From Antedon mediterranea (Eukaryota > Animalia > Echinodermata): a stretch of 64,000 nucleotides of DNA. Made by a program: the position numbers and the translations under genes. Position 1 is the stretch's first letter. Every line of letters begins with the position of its first letter. The notes under the pieces were generated by a model. It did not search any database and had not been told where the DNA came from. It was given only the letters and a program-made list of their open reading frames with translations. Where the stretch lies: NCBI RefSeq assembly GCF_964355755.1, contig NC_092674.1, positions 30,194,001-30,258,000 of the forward strand, given 5' to 3'. This document shows, in pieces, positions 11,364-23,437 of the stretch.

Positions 11364-12542
11364 ATGGATCAGTTACCGTTTGCTGACGGAAGTGATACGG
11401 AGATTTCCGAGATTTCCGAGATGGAGGAGGATGTGCTCTTGGCTAGTCCGGGGGTACAGGAGGAACTGACGGTGGCTGGGAATACGGGAGGGGCTTGCCC
11501 GGCGGCGAGCACCCCAGCCAAGGGGAAACCAATCTGCCATCTGATGACCCCGAAAGAAGAGGCAGCGGCTGGGGATACGAGAGGGGCTTGCCCGGTGGCG
11601 AGCACCCCAGCCGAGCGGAAACTAAAATGCCATCTGGGATGTGGTCCAGTGAGCAACATACGGGTCCACGTCACGAAGACGCATGCCCCGGCATGTTTCC
11701 GGCCACTGGAACGGAGTTCTTGGCGGAGGGCACGAGTGCAGTGGCGGGCACTCACCAGTTTGGCAGCGGAGGGCCTTGGTAAAGGCAGAACACCAGAGGA
11801 CCTGAGATGTCTCCTGAACGTCCAGCACCTTATGGGGGATGGCACTGATGTCCTACCTCCGGATAGGAAAACTCGTAGTGCCATCCTTATGCTGACACGG
11901 GTGATTGGGGGAAAGAGGCCCCCGCCTCTCACGATAGCTCCGGTTATCAGTCACCCGTCGGCTCTCATACACTGGCGCTGTGTGATCGCTCTCATCGCCT
12001 CTTTTGGTGAGGAGTTGGTGAAGGAGTGTGGTCGTCGGGCTGAGGAGGAGGAGCCGGCAGTGGACCAGATCGCCACTTACCCCACCGAGCGGGAGATTGG
12101 TGGACTGGCGAGGAACGGCTGTGCGGTGGGCTTGGGAGTGGCTCCTGGCTACTCGCCGACAACGGTCCAATTCGATAGGCTCCTAGCCTTAGCCCGAACT
12201 CGAGATGTTCGAGTAATCGGGAGAGTGGGATTGGACCATTCGGCCCCGCCTACAGATTGGCCGAGACAAGATCTGCTGCTAAAGAGGGTGTTGGGTCGTT
12301 GCTTGGACGGCCGCCACCACCGCATCACGGCTAGCGACTACCTGAAGGGATCGTTGGAAGCGGTCTACATAGCTACGGGTATTGGGTATTTTTTCACGTA
12401 CGAAAATCACCCGGTTTACCCCCGAGGTGGATCCAGGACGGGGTGCCCGCTTTTCAAACACGGGAGGAGTGTTGTGAACGGCGCCCGTTGGGTAAACAGA
12501 CCACCCCGCCGACCGAACGAGGGCGTCGCCCCGATAGCCTGA
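11364..12542 (+). CDS. 392-aa accessory ORF: acidic N-terminus, duplicated ~23-aa motif, C2H2-like finger, partial TatD-like domain; reads into the 3' LTR
   Basis: CHLGC-x8-HVTKTH; GLGVAP...LLAL...VRVIGRVGLDHS...QDLLLKRVL parallels the TatD motifs GxHP and (V)IGExGLD...Q; GC-rich open frame with ATG 2 nt after a splice acceptor. Confidence 0.65.
   Translation: MDQLPFADGSDTEISEISEMEEDVLLASPGVQEELTVAGNTGGACPAASTPAKGKPICHLMTPKEEAAAGDTRGACPVASTPAERKLKCHLGCGPVSNIRVHVTKTHAPACFRPLERSSWRRARVQWRALTSLAAEGLGKGRTPEDLRCLLNVQHLMGDGTDVLPPDRKTRSAILMLTRVIGGKRPPPLTIAPVISHPSALIHWRCVIALIASFGEELVKECGRRAEEEEPAVDQIATYPTEREIGGLARNGCAVGLGVAPGYSPTTVQFDRLLALARTRDVRVIGRVGLDHSAPPTDWPRQDLLLKRVLGRCLDGRHHRITASDYLKGSLEAVYIATGIGYFFTYENHPVYPRGGSRTGCPLFKHGRSVVNGARWVNRPPRRPNEGVAPIA
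12462..12469 (+). other. Polypurine tract
   Basis: GGGAGGAG directly abutting the 3' LTR. Confidence 0.8.
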
Positions 12543-12767
12543 TTTGCATACAGGGGGTATGCAAATGTTAACGTGGGACCTCGACGCCGCCCGAGCTGGT
12601 CTATTCGAAGCAGGAACCAAGGAGAAACGGACACAACCGGAATTGACCAAGATATTTGGATTTACTGCTTACGGATACTTGTGTGATTTAGGACAAGCGG
12701 GACTGTTAAGGTAAGCCTAGTAGCTTTCATTATCAGGCCATTCCAGCACCGACCTAAAATCACAACA
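12470..12767 (+). repeat. 3' LTR (298 bp)
   Basis: Copy of 6566-6863, followed by TSD GTAG. Confidence 0.96.
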
Positions 12768-13067
12768 GTAGCTTGCGGCGATCGAACTCTCGTGGACGGT
12801 CTTAGGCCTAGCCTAGCTAGGCTTAGTTTTGTAGGCCTAGCTGGTAAACATCGGTAACGTACGAACATCGTACGCTAGCTATATACCTAGCCTGACGTTG
12901 TATAGTTGCTGCATTAATTGTCTTTCTATTTTTGCCAGACTCCGTTGATACAAATTGGGGGAAACCCGGTATTTTCGCTGAATAGTTAGGAGTCTTCCAT
13001 TTGTTTTGGCCTCACGATCGATCGAAAAGTGGGCGAATTACAGGGGGAAAAAAAATATCAATCCGCG

Positions 13068-13084
13068 CGCAATGCATTTTGGGA
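13068..13084 (-). promoter_or_regulatory. ZNF143/Staf-like motif inside the Kolobok-like element
   Basis: Reverse complement TCCCAAAATGCATTGCG is close to the Staf-binding consensus. Confidence 0.45.
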
Positions 13085-13552
13085 TTTATAGCGGGCCGCT
13101 ATAATTATTAGAATCGACTTATTTTTCACATTTTTAACCGTTTAAAGACGAAAAAGGTTATCGCAATAGGACCATATAGTATTATTTTTACATTAAATAT
13201 AGTTTGTAATCTTAAATTAGATCTCAAAAACATAGGGAAGGGGGCTTTAAGAGTAGGCAAAACATCTGACCAATTACATTAGAATTTATTATGTTTAATA
13301 TTAAGTTTGGTTTGTTGTTGTATATATTGTTTATTTATTTATGATTAATAGATTTAGCTCTTTTATTGTTATCTCCACCATTTGTTGCATTCTTTATTAC
13401 CAAGAAAAAAACAAAGAGAAGCCTGTTCCCTCTTCTTCCACTCTTTTTTTGATAGTCAATATTCATATCTTGATTAATGAACCAATTAATCATTATATGC
13501 TGTTTAACAGAAAACAAAATGATAGAACACAAACAAAACTGATGACGTCTAA

Positions 13553-14440
13553 GGGTCTGTTTCTGCTGAAAAAATCAAAATAATCGATTTTTTCCAGTCA
13601 CCGCAAACCACAAAAATAATCGCGTTGCAATTGAAAATTGCTACGACTTTAATCGGTTATTCAGGTAATCGGTTTTTAAAATCACGTCATCATTCCCCCA
13701 CAGCGCAGTTCAAGTTATGAAAGGCCGATGAGAGTTGGTTTGTTTACATCCTATCGCTGCCTAAAACTCTCACATGTAGGATTAAAAATTACTCTTACGT
13801 AAAGCTTTATTATTTCTAAAATAAACATCTAGGCCTACTACCGATGATGTTATATTAATAAGGACACGTCGGCGAAAAAGGTTCGTTTCGCCGTTCGTTG
13901 GTTCTACCTTCGGCCTGCTAGGCCTAGAGGCTATTATATTTCTACCGAAACAAGTCAACAGACAACAGGCCTACTAACAAATGACATGTAAAACATCGTT
14001 AGCCTGAACTGGTGGTATGTAACGGGTGTACTTGTAACACAGAATCCCGGAGTCTCTCGGTATAATTCTCCCCCACAAAATAATAAAAATCAAATGTTTA
14101 ACATTTGATTTTTATTCGGTCTACATCGCGATCGTGGTTTTGCAGATCGTCGTCGATATCGCGCAAATAAACAGCATGCTTTGTGACGTGAATAAGTTTG
14201 TCATACTCTAGAGGTCAAAGTGAGGTCAATAATCGCTATTTGTGTTGCAGCTCAAAACTGCTCCGCAATAATCGGTTAAAACAAGAAATAATCGATTAAA
14301 ACACGCAATGGATTGAGTGTTTTTAATCGGTTATTTTTAATCGGTTATTTTATTTTGCGCCGTTTCTGCTGCCCAAAAATAATCGATTAAAAAAATAAAC
14401 GGTTAATAATCGATTATTTCTGCTCAGCAGAAACAGGCCC
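13553..14440. mobile_element. PIF/Harbinger-like non-autonomous element (888 bp)
   Basis: 17-bp TIR GGGTCTGTTTCTGCTGA / TCAGCAGAAACAGGCCC; TAA TSD on both sides; subterminal TAATCG(G/A)TTA repeats. Confidence 0.85.
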
Positions 14441-15254
14441 TAAGAGCAGATTGCTAAAGGTTGACAAATGTCGTCCACCTATGTAAAACAACTAGAGCTG
14501 TCTATTGTTAAAAATTCACTTAAGATTTATTCCTCATTAAATATTATATAAGCATAGAATGAGGTTTGTTCAATTTGGCAGAAAACACAAACAGTAAAAT
14601 ACAAATCATTACCCCAAATGAAAAAAACAAACAATATGGAATAGACAGTAGTAGTTTCCGAGTAATTATTGATTATAATAACATAAGTACATCTAAGCCT
14701 GGTGTAGCCAGCGGGGTTCAAAAGTTCAAACTAACCCCTTTTTCCTCGAAGCAGTGCCATTTTTAAACTAGAAACCAACAGCAAAAGTGAACATAAATTA
14801 TGCTTAACTAGTAGTAGTAGAGTTTTTTTGGGGAAAAAAGACCCTTTGTGGAAAATGAACCCCCTGTAAAAATCCTGACTACATGCTTGACTTGAAAAGT
14901 GTAAAAGTTGAGAAGGTAGTTAGGTTCCCACAATAACAGAAGAAAACAAGTATTGCGATATAGCACATCTGGTGAGCATTGATTACAATAACATTGGTAA
15001 ATGGCAGGTTGTTTTTGTAATCTCTTCCTGTTATCTAATACGTACTGTTGTTTATGGTTCTTGTGGCTGCTTGTTGCAACAAGAACATTGGCCTACATGA
15101 TATGATGATTGGCCAAGAACAATAATATTAAAGGTTGAAGATAACAGCAGCCTGTATTGACATCAAAGAGTCTAATATTTTGTGGTGCTATATTTTGAAT
15201 TTAGTGCTATATGGAATAAGAATAGACCAGTTCAGCTTGTTTTCTATCTATTGC

Positions 15255-15420
15255 AGTCTATCGGAGGTAAATTGTGGTCTATCAGAATTGCGATCTATCA
15301 GAGATAAATTGCGGTCTATCAGAATTAAATTGCAGTCTATCAGAGTTAAATTGCGGTCTATTGGAGTTAAATTGAGATCTATCAGAGTTAAATTGCGGTC
15401 TATCAGAGTTAAATTGCAGA
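15255..15420. repeat. 21-bp minisatellite (TCTATCAGAGTTAAATTGCGG), ~8 copies
   Basis: Direct inspection. Confidence 0.85.
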
Positions 15421-15511
15421 AATACACAAGTTAAACATCCAGTATATCCCTAATGGAAAGTGTTATACGATTTTTAAACCAATCAGAAAGATTGAAACAA
15501 CGTTATAATAA

Positions 15512-16408
15512 GGCCAAATAAAAAAACATACTTGTTAAGCGTCAGCGCCCGCTCCTGATTATCCAGCCGCCTCTCTTTTTATTTTTATTTTTTTTTTACC
15601 CATATACAACGGAAAGTTCAGCGGCCCGGCCCAGCTCCAGAGCAGGGCTCAACATTCACGCTAGCAAACTAGCATTTTGCTAGTAGATTCTTCATAATTG
15701 CTAGTTGAAAATTTCAAAACTAGCAAATGTTTGCTAGGCTGGTGTAATTTTTGAAAAATACGTACTTCTTAGCTTAGCCACGCTAGCTAGCCACCGATCG
15801 CTCTATGTCGAAAACGGCAATTTGGTGAAAACAATTGTTTCATTTACACGCCGCCGATTTACGTCAAGGAAACGCGAATAGCACCGCGAATCATGTAATG
15901 TGGTAAACAGCAAGCTTTTTCCCCAACACATTAAATCATGTGCATTTAGTACGTCGCTGAGGATTACATCATCGTAAGCTGTTTTCAAAATCAGCCCACT
16001 ACTTAGTATTATTGAGACCAACATCATGCTTCTCGCGATAGGGAATTTCCTGGATAGATGAGTCGAGCGAGAGCCGGCGGACCATGGCCGATGAGTGAGG
16101 CGGGGGTGGCAGCTTGGACAGATTAGCCTAGGGCCTACAATTTCGCTCGGTGGCAATTACATTTAATGTTTTAATTACGTCTGGATAATATAAACAATAC
16201 AAAACTCAATTTTCATACATAGTCAATTTTGTTCTGTTTCGCATTTTAAAAGTTTGACGTTTCGTCCTAAAAAAAAGTGGGCCAAAACGTCCATCGCGCA
16301 AAAATATACCTCCATAAAAAGTAAAAAAAAAAAAAAAAAAAACCGTCCCCCCGCCCCTGAAAATTTATGAGGGTGTGACGCTTAACAAGTATTTTTTTTT
16401 ATTTGGCC
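15512..16408. mobile_element. TWA-target DNA transposon (Zator- or Harbinger-like), non-autonomous
   Basis: ~33-bp TIR GGCCAAATAAAAAAA.ATACTTGTTAAGCGTCA at both ends; TAA TSD; CpG-rich interior with a possible hAT-like CAGGGCTC end near 15646. Confidence 0.8.
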
Positions 16409-19400
16409 TAATATTATAATATAGCGTTTATTGCACAATGCTTATAAAGTAGCCTACTTCACATTATTACCCCTGTTATCAGAGTTAACGACAGATAAGT
16501 CAAACTTGAGTTAACTGAACAAGCTTAAAGACAAGACAAAATAAACTGTTACATTTAACCAAACAAACAGACAACCTGTCTGTTTTTCGTGTCAAATTAC
16601 ATTTTTTTCAGGATTTTTTTTAAAATCCAATTTTTGGTCAAAGTGAATAGCTGTTAAGTGCAAAAAAATAGCATACTCTTTTTTAAATGGTTTTTTTTTA
16701 AATTATTTTTTCATAAATTCTTGATATCAATTACCGTACATAATTTGTTAGATAAATAGTTTGAAATTTTGAAATGTCTCCTTTCTAGGTAAAGTATAAT
16801 TCTGTAAAGATGTCAATTATTTAAACATTTCAAAGACAAACAAAGTTTTCTAAGAAAAAATGTGTTTTGCTGACGTTAATCAGCCAAGTGTAGATGTAAG
16901 TGCTGGATGTATTAATTAAGTTTGTCCATTATCAACGAAGAAAGATTCTGTCTTGGGTAGACATTCGTCTCAGTCTTGTTTTCATTTCTAAATAAAGAAT
17001 AATTGTTAATTATTTGAAACCATCTTCTGTAAAAATAACTCTCACAGCATCATGCTATCATATCCTGGATACAGTCTTACTAATGTGCCCCCTTAATATC
17101 ACCATGTACCTATTCAATCTAATTTAACCTATTAAATAACAATCAATTGTGAAGTTTTTGACAGCTCCAACTGGTTAAACCATTGATGATATCTAGTGGT
17201 TTGTAATTTAATCTGGTCTCAGTTTGGTACCATCACAGGACCAGGATGTGGCTTTCCTAACCAATAAGGAAATTATTAGCAAATTCATTTCCTCACCACA
17301 TCAAATTAATTTTAAAAACCTCACATTTTTAACTCTTTCTTAAATAAATGTAACTTTTTGTTTGTAAAATCACCTGTTTCTTCCATATTTATGATCAACA
17401 TTATGTGTAAAACCTCAACCCCAACAAGATGACAATAATAAAGGTGTTTGGAAATCATTTCTTTGGTTAATTATTTTGTGTGGTTCTAAGGAACGGAAGT
17501 TATATTGTCTAACTGTTTCCTAAATTCAAATTATTTTTTTAAATTAATTACTGACTTTCCAACAAATATGTCTTGTGTTAAAGTGCTAAATTCTCGATAA
17601 AAGGAAGTTAACACACAGAAAAAATATATAGTACATCAATTGCATGTGAAATTTTGAATAAATTTGGTTGATGTGACTCCACAGAAGAATGTTGATACTC
17701 ATATCAACATTTCTCTGTAATATCAATTATTTGTGGTATACCTACCATGCTATGTTGAGGTCACAGTTGGGCCTACTTTTACCATTTTAAACTTCAAACT
17801 AACAATTGTTACCTTCTGTTGGCCTACACTACAAAATATTTATCAACTTTTCCATTCATTTGTTTTAAAGTGCATTATGTTGTTTCACTTCAAGAGTTTC
17901 AATTCTAACAAAACAATTTTAATTGTTTTGTTCGAAATGAAAATCATTTAAAAATTCAAATTATTAAATGCAGAGCAAGTCATTATTATAGTGAGCCCTC
18001 TATGGCTTTAATCATTACTAAAACTTCAGTCTCCATTAAAAAAAAGTGCACTGACCCCAGCCCTCCCTAAATCTTGGTTTTTCAGTACAAAAGGTATGAG
18101 ATTTGTTCATTACATCCATTTTTTTTCCGGGGCCAATCCACCTCCCACATCCTATTTCTAAATCCTTGATCCACAGAAAGAAAAGGAGTTCATTTGAAAC
18201 CCCGAATCCGATTGGATATAGGCTTGAAAATCTGTATTCAATTAATGATGGTGCAGTAATGTATTCCCTTTATTATTATAATTTCACTAAATTCAATGCT
18301 CAGAATATTATAAAGTGTAAATTTAATACTTAGTAATCTGTAAAGAAATGTTTTAATGACACTGTTTGTTTTTCTGTTAGTCACAGTTCAAATAAAAAAT
18401 AATGTTTATCTTTTGTTGACTAATATTTACTCTTGAAGTACAGAGATAGTTATCAAAAAGTAGGATAAAAATACATATTTATAGAACACTTAGGCATATA
18501 TTTGCCAGCAGTGATTTTCTAAAATGCAAGGTTCGTGGTATTGAAGATAAGTAAAGTGATCTTTCATGGAAACTTGGATTTATATTAAAATTAGTTTAGA
18601 GTTAATGATGATTTGGACCAAATCTCTAAATTTCTAGTGTTCAAACCTTAGGATATAATTGGTATAAAAACATTTTTTTTAATCTATTTTTATGTCACAC
18701 AATAGTTGTTTACTATGTGAAAAAGAAAATATTGTAAGCTGGTCCTCTAAGATGGTTCTCTAAGCTGGGAAATAATATTGCTGTCTGGTCGTAGGATGGG
18801 CTATCATTGTCCTCTTAGCGCAGCTGGTTCTCTAAGCTGGTTCATGGTGTCTATGTACCCATGTAGGCCCTATTATACACAAGATAAGACTAATATATGG
18901 CAGGAAGCGCCATAAATCATTACTTTATGACCGCTTTGTTTGCAGTGTATAAAAGATACAAAAGACTAATGATCCTGTAAATATTACTTTGAGATGTATG
19001 TTTACATTAATGTTTACACTAATTTTTACAAACCGGAAACCAAATAAATAGTCTTCAATTCATAGCTAAATTAGTATACTAGGTGGTTTTTCTCATTTTT
19101 TTATTTCTACCCCCTTCCGGTTGATCTGCCCTTTTTGCCTCGACACGAAATGACCCTTGATTTATATGTATGCATTACATTTTTATTTACTCAAGCCAAA
19201 TTATTTTGTTAGACTATTATAATTTTGTGGGTGTTTCTCAAAATATCCATTTTACTACTTCTCTAAGGAGGTGGATTTAGGATCTTTAGCTTTTTCATAT
19301 AGTTATAAAAACGCTAATGAATATAAATGAATAAAGATTTAAAAAAAACACATAATGTTGATACACTGTAAAAATGGATATCAAAAAGGGGAAGCATGTG

Positions 19401-21505
19401 CCCCTAGCGTTTCCCAACTTTTGCTTTACCTCTCGCTTCCCCATTTTTCCCTATTGCGTCTGATAATTTATGCGTTTATTTATTTATCTTCACATTATTT
19501 ACAGTCAGGGTTAATCAATCATATTTTGTTTTAATAATTCAAGTTGAAAAACCAAGCGAGAGCCCCATCATATTTTCAATAGACTTGCATTAATTAGGTG
19601 TTTGTTTCTTCAGTGACAACTGGCGTATTATCACTATCAATCATTTGGTCCGCATTCTAGTTTGTCATTTTTACTTCCTGTTTGTAAATCATGTTGTAGA
19701 ATCACAAATGTCATTGTAATTTATTAATGCACTTTTGTAGTAAATATATGGCCAGCAAAAAAAATCAGATTACTAAAGTTGATTTTAACGTGGTATAATG
19801 AAGTTATATTGTTATCATAGGAATATATAAAATAGTATGTAGATGACAAGTTTGATTCAATGTCATTTTATATGATGGTACAGGTTTATCAAAAAAATAT
19901 ACATGCTGTTAAGACAGAATGTATGCTCTCGGCAGAGAAATAAAGTAGTCCGGTGATCTCTATTCAAAGGCCTCTGTGAAAAATTTGTCAGGTTGAAACC
20001 TTACCAACTGTACATTGTCCTTAAATAATATTTTTCCTCCAGTATGTTCGATCTTAATGATGATAACATATATTATAATTATAATTTTAATGTTAATAAA
20101 ATGTCTTTTCTTTTGTTTAATTAAAAAAACAGTAACAGTAATTATTACCTTTTTCTATACATCATGTTACATGGACATTACAATTATATTTTACAGTATT
20201 TATTACAGCTAGGATTTTTATTTTAATCTCCCCATCATTGCACTTCCTCCACCTTTTCTCTCCCTTTCCTATCTCCTTCCCTCTCATCCATCCATCCTTC
20301 CCTCTCTCTTATCCCTCCCACATCCCTCCAAAGTGAAGGTACACTTCACTCACAGTACTTATTAAATCTCCATCATTGAGCCTCCGCATGCATTATTGAT
20401 ACACAGCCTGTGTATCCAGCACTTGCTTTAGAATAACAATCATTCTTTTACGATACAGTAATATATAGAGAGAGCATTTAATCATCAGTGAGCATGTATG
20501 GTATTAGAGAAAGGAACTCTATTCATCGACAATGTTAATAATTCTAGCAGCTAAGATCACGAACAATACCTCCAAACTCCTGAACTCTAAAAAGTCAAAA
20601 ACTAGGTTACAAGAGCTTCGAAGCCAGATTGTGGCGTAAACACGGCTTAACCAAGCACAAATAAGTGTATTCATCATAACCATTGATAGATCGCGGTGTA
20701 TTCATTGTGGCCATTCATAGAACACGGCCACACAAGGACTTGTTTCGCCCCATTGATCAGCCCTTTCTTTCCTTCCACATTGGTTTCCGATTCCCACACG
20801 AACTACTCAGTTGTAAAAGACACAGTCGACAGTGGATCGCTCGGAAGACAATCTGTCCATGCATTTATATAAAGCTTTTTTACACATATTAAACTACCTT
20901 TATAAGCCTTTGCTATTTCATATATTATAAGTAGTATTGATGTACAAAACATGTTCATAAACCAGAGACGATTTTGACAAGTTCAATCATGCAAGGCTGG
21001 GCAAACTTTACAGACTTGTTCAATATCACGTTTCAAAATAAAATCAGTTCTTTCATTAATTTATTTCAATTTTGATTGATGTAACAATACATTAACAACA
21101 TAAATTGAAATCCATATGATCTAATAATTTAATTTAAAATATATTGTACCCCAAAATATGAATAATAAAGATGAAGAAATCAAACCTTGAATAGACCATC
21201 TTGGAGTTTTAATAAAGGTATTCACTTTTGCCAACAAAAAATATGACTTCGCTTATAAAAAAAAAGACAAAAGACATTTAAATTTAATCAAATACCCATT
21301 GACTTCCAAACAATTCCGGTTTTTCTTTAAATTATGGTTTTAACAGGTAAATACTCCAATTTTGGTCAAAGTGAAAACTATTATGTTAGATTGAAATGGC
21401 CTATTAAACAACTTTAAAAACTTTGAATTAATTAAATTATACACATGAAATAAAATTAACTGTTACAGGTAAACGTATAACACATATTACAACCTATAAA
21501 TCACA

Positions 21506-22785
21506 CAGTAACTGTATTTCACTCAGTAACTGTATTTCACTCAGTAACTGTATTTTTCTCAGTAACTGTATTTCACTCAGTAACTGTATTTCACACAGTA
21601 ACTGTATTTCACTCAGTAACTGTATTTCACTCAGTAACTGTATTTTTCTCAGTAACTGTATTTTTCTCAGTAACTGTATTTCACTCAGTAAACTGTATTT
21701 CAATCCGTAACTGTATTTCACTCAGTAACTGTATTTCACTCAGTAACTGTATTTTTCTCAGTAACTGTATTTCAATCTGTAACTGTATTTCACTCAGTAA
21801 CTGTATTTCACTCAGTAACTATATTTCACTCAGTAACTGTATTTCAATCCGTAACTGTATTTCACTCAGTAACTGTATTTCACTCAGTAACTGTATTTCA
21901 CTCAGTAACTGTATTTCACTCACAGTAACTGTATTTCACTCAGTAACTGTATTTCACTCACAGTAACTGTATTTCACACAGTAACTGTATTTCAGTCACA
22001 TTAACTGTATTTCACTCAGTAATTGTATTTCAGTCACAGTAAATGTATTTCACTCAGTAACTGTATTTCACTCACAGTAACTGTATTTCACTCACAGTAA
22101 CTGTATTTCAATCAGGTGTGGAGTTGTGGCTTTGTGGTTATGATGCTTGGCTACCACTCCAAGGGTCCTGGGTTCAAGTCCCGTCACATGTTAGGATTTT
22201 TTCTAAGGACCAAATTACAACTCCACTCTCAAAGACTTGTAATAAGACTTTGTTTATGTAGAGCATCTTGTGTATATGTTTGTCTTGTGAACCTCTGAGG
22301 GTCCCTAATGATCAGCATTAGCTGGATGGATCACCCTCATTAAATATGGTTTAAAAAAAAGTAACTGTATTCCACTCACAGTAACTGTATTTCACTCAAA
22401 GTAACTGTATTTCACTCAGTAACTGTATTTCACTTACAGTAACTGTATTTCACTCAGTAACTGTATTTCACTTACAGTAACTGTATTTCACTTACAGTAA
22501 CTGTATTTCACTCAGTAACTGTATTTCACTCAGTAACTGTATTTCACTCAGTAACTGTATTTCACTCACAGTAACTGTATTTTACTCACAGTAACTGTAT
22601 TTCACTCAGTAGGCCTAACTGTATTTCACTCACTAACTGTATTTCACTCACTAACTGTATTTCACTCAGTAACTGTATTTCACTCAGTGACTGTATTTCA
22701 CACAATAACTGTATTTCGCTCACATTAGCTGTATTTCAATCAGTACCGTAACTATATTTCACTCAAATTAACTGTATTTCACTCA
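21506..22785. repeat. 18-bp minisatellite (CAGTAACTGTATTTCACT), >50 copies, split by a SINE
   Basis: Direct inspection; 20-bp variants with an extra CA. Confidence 0.95.
22115..22360 (+). mobile_element. tRNA-derived SINE inserted in a minisatellite
   Basis: A box TGGCTTTGTGG (22127-22137), B box GGTTCAAGTCC (22171-22181), 3' stem-loop, A-tail; tail recurs at 29832-30028. Confidence 0.85.
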
Positions 22786-23437
22786 ACTCCATCAATGAAA
22801 GTGTTAAATTAATAGCTTCCTAAGTACTATAAAGGAACATGTTTTTGATTGACCACTCTGATCTGGTGCTGGTCACTATTGTTTATTTACAAGCCATTTG
22901 GTGCTTCCCCTCAGGCTAGACTACATGTTGATAATTAACAGACAACAAAAATCACACTGAGGAGGATTGATGCTAATTAGGAGTAACATTCCATTTCCTT
23001 ATGTTGCTCAAGTAATTACTAAAAGGCTACCAAGCAATGGACCAGAGTTTATTCTAATTATCTGAAGGAAACGCTGTCAACATTTCTCTATGTACTTTGC
23101 TTTCTTTGTTTAAGTTGATCAACTTCCTGAGACCCAAAACATTTTTATGGTTGTTGCAGTACAAACGTGTGTTGTGTTTTGCACTCTTGGCGTTACAAAG
23201 TTATTACTTACTTTCATATTTGCCATGAACTATTTTTTTATTCTATTATAAAAATATATATCTAGAAGATATTAAACTTGAGTGTGTTTTTTACTACAAC
23301 TCTGTCAACATTTATGACACGCTGACGACAAAATGAATTTTTATAACTTCATCTCTTCTCTATAATTCGGGTTAAAAAAGAAAAAAATATACACGCAATC
23401 TTCCAGAAACTGGTTTAGTTGTATGGTTTATTGATAA

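Larger units (their letters stand above)
6566..12767 (+). mobile_element. Non-autonomous Ty3/Gypsy-like LTR retrotransposon (6202 bp), recent insertion
   Basis: Direct repeats 6566-6863 and 12470-12767 with TGTTGTGA...TCACAACA termini; 4-bp TSD GTAG (6562-6565 / 12768-12771); PBS and PPT present; Gag-like ORF; no YxDD RT or DDE integrase core seen in the ORF track. Confidence 0.95.
6417..13246. mobile_element. Kolobok-like non-autonomous DNA transposon (~624 bp once the LTR element is removed)
   Basis: TTAA at 6413-6416 and 13247-13250; TIR AGACCCCTTCCCT vs AGGGAAGGGGGCT (12/13 match); AG...CT termini with a TTAA TSD fit Kolobok. Confidence 0.75.

Noticed and set aside
11364-12542. env gene
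   Set aside because: No signal peptide or clear C-terminal transmembrane anchor; motifs fit ZnF/TatD better
8727-12868. Antisense ORFs within the retroelement (8727-9158, 9780-10337, 11369-11932, 12279-12650)
   Set aside because: Shadows of GC-richer sense ORFs or the LTR; no recognisable domains
20500-20890. CpG-richer island with ORF 20683-20892
   Set aside because: No ATG start, splice frame or recognisable homology; could be an enhancer but unsupported
22115-22190. Functional tRNA gene
   Set aside because: A/B boxes present but no clean acceptor stem, and it continues into a SINE body and A-tail
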